DNA of 64,000 nucleotides from Octopus bimaculoides (taxonomy: Eukaryota), in the NCBI RefSeq assembly GCF_001194135.2, contig NC_068998.1, positions 31,215,078 to 31,279,077 of the forward strand, in the 5' to 3' direction. The notes beneath the pieces were generated by a model. That model was not told the origin of the DNA and made no database searches. It was given only the letters and a program-made list of their open reading frames with translations. Made by a program: the position numbers and the translations under genes. Below are positions 62,837-64,000 of this stretch, one piece after another. Position 1 is the first letter of the stretch. Each line of letters opens with the position of its first letter.

Positions 62837-64000
62837 TGTATATATGTGTGTGTGTGTGTATATATACAAACATACACACACATACAAACACAATCTACAT
62901 ACAGGCACACCCACATATTTTATTATATACGTACATACAAACACCACACATATACACTCAAAATGTATGTGTGTATGTATCGTATTTAGATATGTTATTG
63001 TGTGTATGTGTATGCGTGTATCATATGTATTCAAACTACAGGCTGCAACTCACTGACTATGTCCCACTTTTGCAATACTTACAAGCACTTTTCTTCGTAG
63101 TTTTAAATTCACAAAAGGTATAAAATTTTAAAATTAATGATGATAGACGTCGAAGAATTTGACTCATTGTATGTGTACATATACAAACATACACATTATA
63201 TCTATAGATAAGTTTGATAAGTACCACTGTGCAAAAGTTTCGTCCCAAGAGTAACTTTGTAACTTCTGCCTTTAAAATAAAAAAAATATATACGTAGTCC
63301 TGTTTTGAGTTCTATTTTCCTGTCTGCATCAACGAATCTGTACATACATACATTTATATCACACACACACACACACACACACACACACNNNNNNNNNNNN
63401 NNNNNNNNNNNNNNNNNNNNNNNNNNNNNNNNNNNNNNNNNNNNNNNNNNNNNNNNNNNNNNNNNNNNNNNNNNNNNNNNNNNNNNNNNNNNNNNNNNNN
63501 NNNNNNNNNNNNNNNNNNNNNNNNNNNNNNNNNNNNNNNNNNNNNNNNNNNNNNNNNNNNNNNNNNNNNNNNNNNNNNNNNNNNNNNNNNNNNNNNNNNN
63601 NNNNNNNNNNNNNNNNNNNNNNNNNNNNNNNNNNNNNNNNNNNNNNNNNNNNNNNNNNNNNNNNNNNNNNNNNNNNNNNNNNNNNNNNNNNNNNNNNNNN
63701 NNNNNNNNNNNNNNNNNNNNNNNNNNNNNNNNNNNNNNNNNNNNNNNNNNNNNNNNNNNNNNNNNNNNNNNNNNNNNNNNNNNNNNNNNNNNNNNNNNNN
63801 NNNNNNNNNNNNNNNNNNNNNNNNNNNNNNNNNNNNNNNNNNNNNNNNNNNNNNNNNNNNNNNNNNNNNNNNNNNNNNNNNNNNNNNNNNNNNNNNNNNN
63901 NNNNTATAAACAACTTAACATATATCTATATATTTAAAAAGCAGATTACCGTTCGAGACTCTTTAGCCTGATTATTCGATGTTACAGCTGTAATTAAATA

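Noticed and set aside
61855-63937. Long ORFs of 180-360 aa in the ORF track (also 8457-9173)
   Set aside because: They consist of N-gap X residues and (TA)n or (CA)n translations.

Overview
AT-rich, microsatellite-dense eukaryotic genomic DNA with seven N-gaps. The SINE, RTE and Penelope repeat repertoire looks like an Octopus (cephalopod) genome; this is an inference from recognised repeats, not a database match. Two spliced host genes lie on the + strand. The first is the last six exons of coatomer beta (COPB1; 13326-31715). The second is four exons of a Regnase/MCPIP1-family PIN-RNase plus CCCH gene (ZC3H12; 38571 to about 41391), whose upstream catalytic DGSN exon and C-terminal domain I could not find in the window. 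Most other sequence is transposon-derived: several Penelope-like elements (one complete with TSD), a near-full-length Tx1/L1-clade LINE, a HERO-type RLE LINE, RTE and CR1-type LINE pieces, a Gypsy remnant, mariner/Tc1, piggyBac, hAT and Merlin/MULE-like MITEs, a Helentron/HINE-like element and tRNA-derived SINEs. The most unusual structure is the Tx1-clade LINE, bracketed by two diverged ~280-bp direct repeats that each begin with a minimal hammerhead-ribozyme-like motif. Several long fold-back palindromes are also present.
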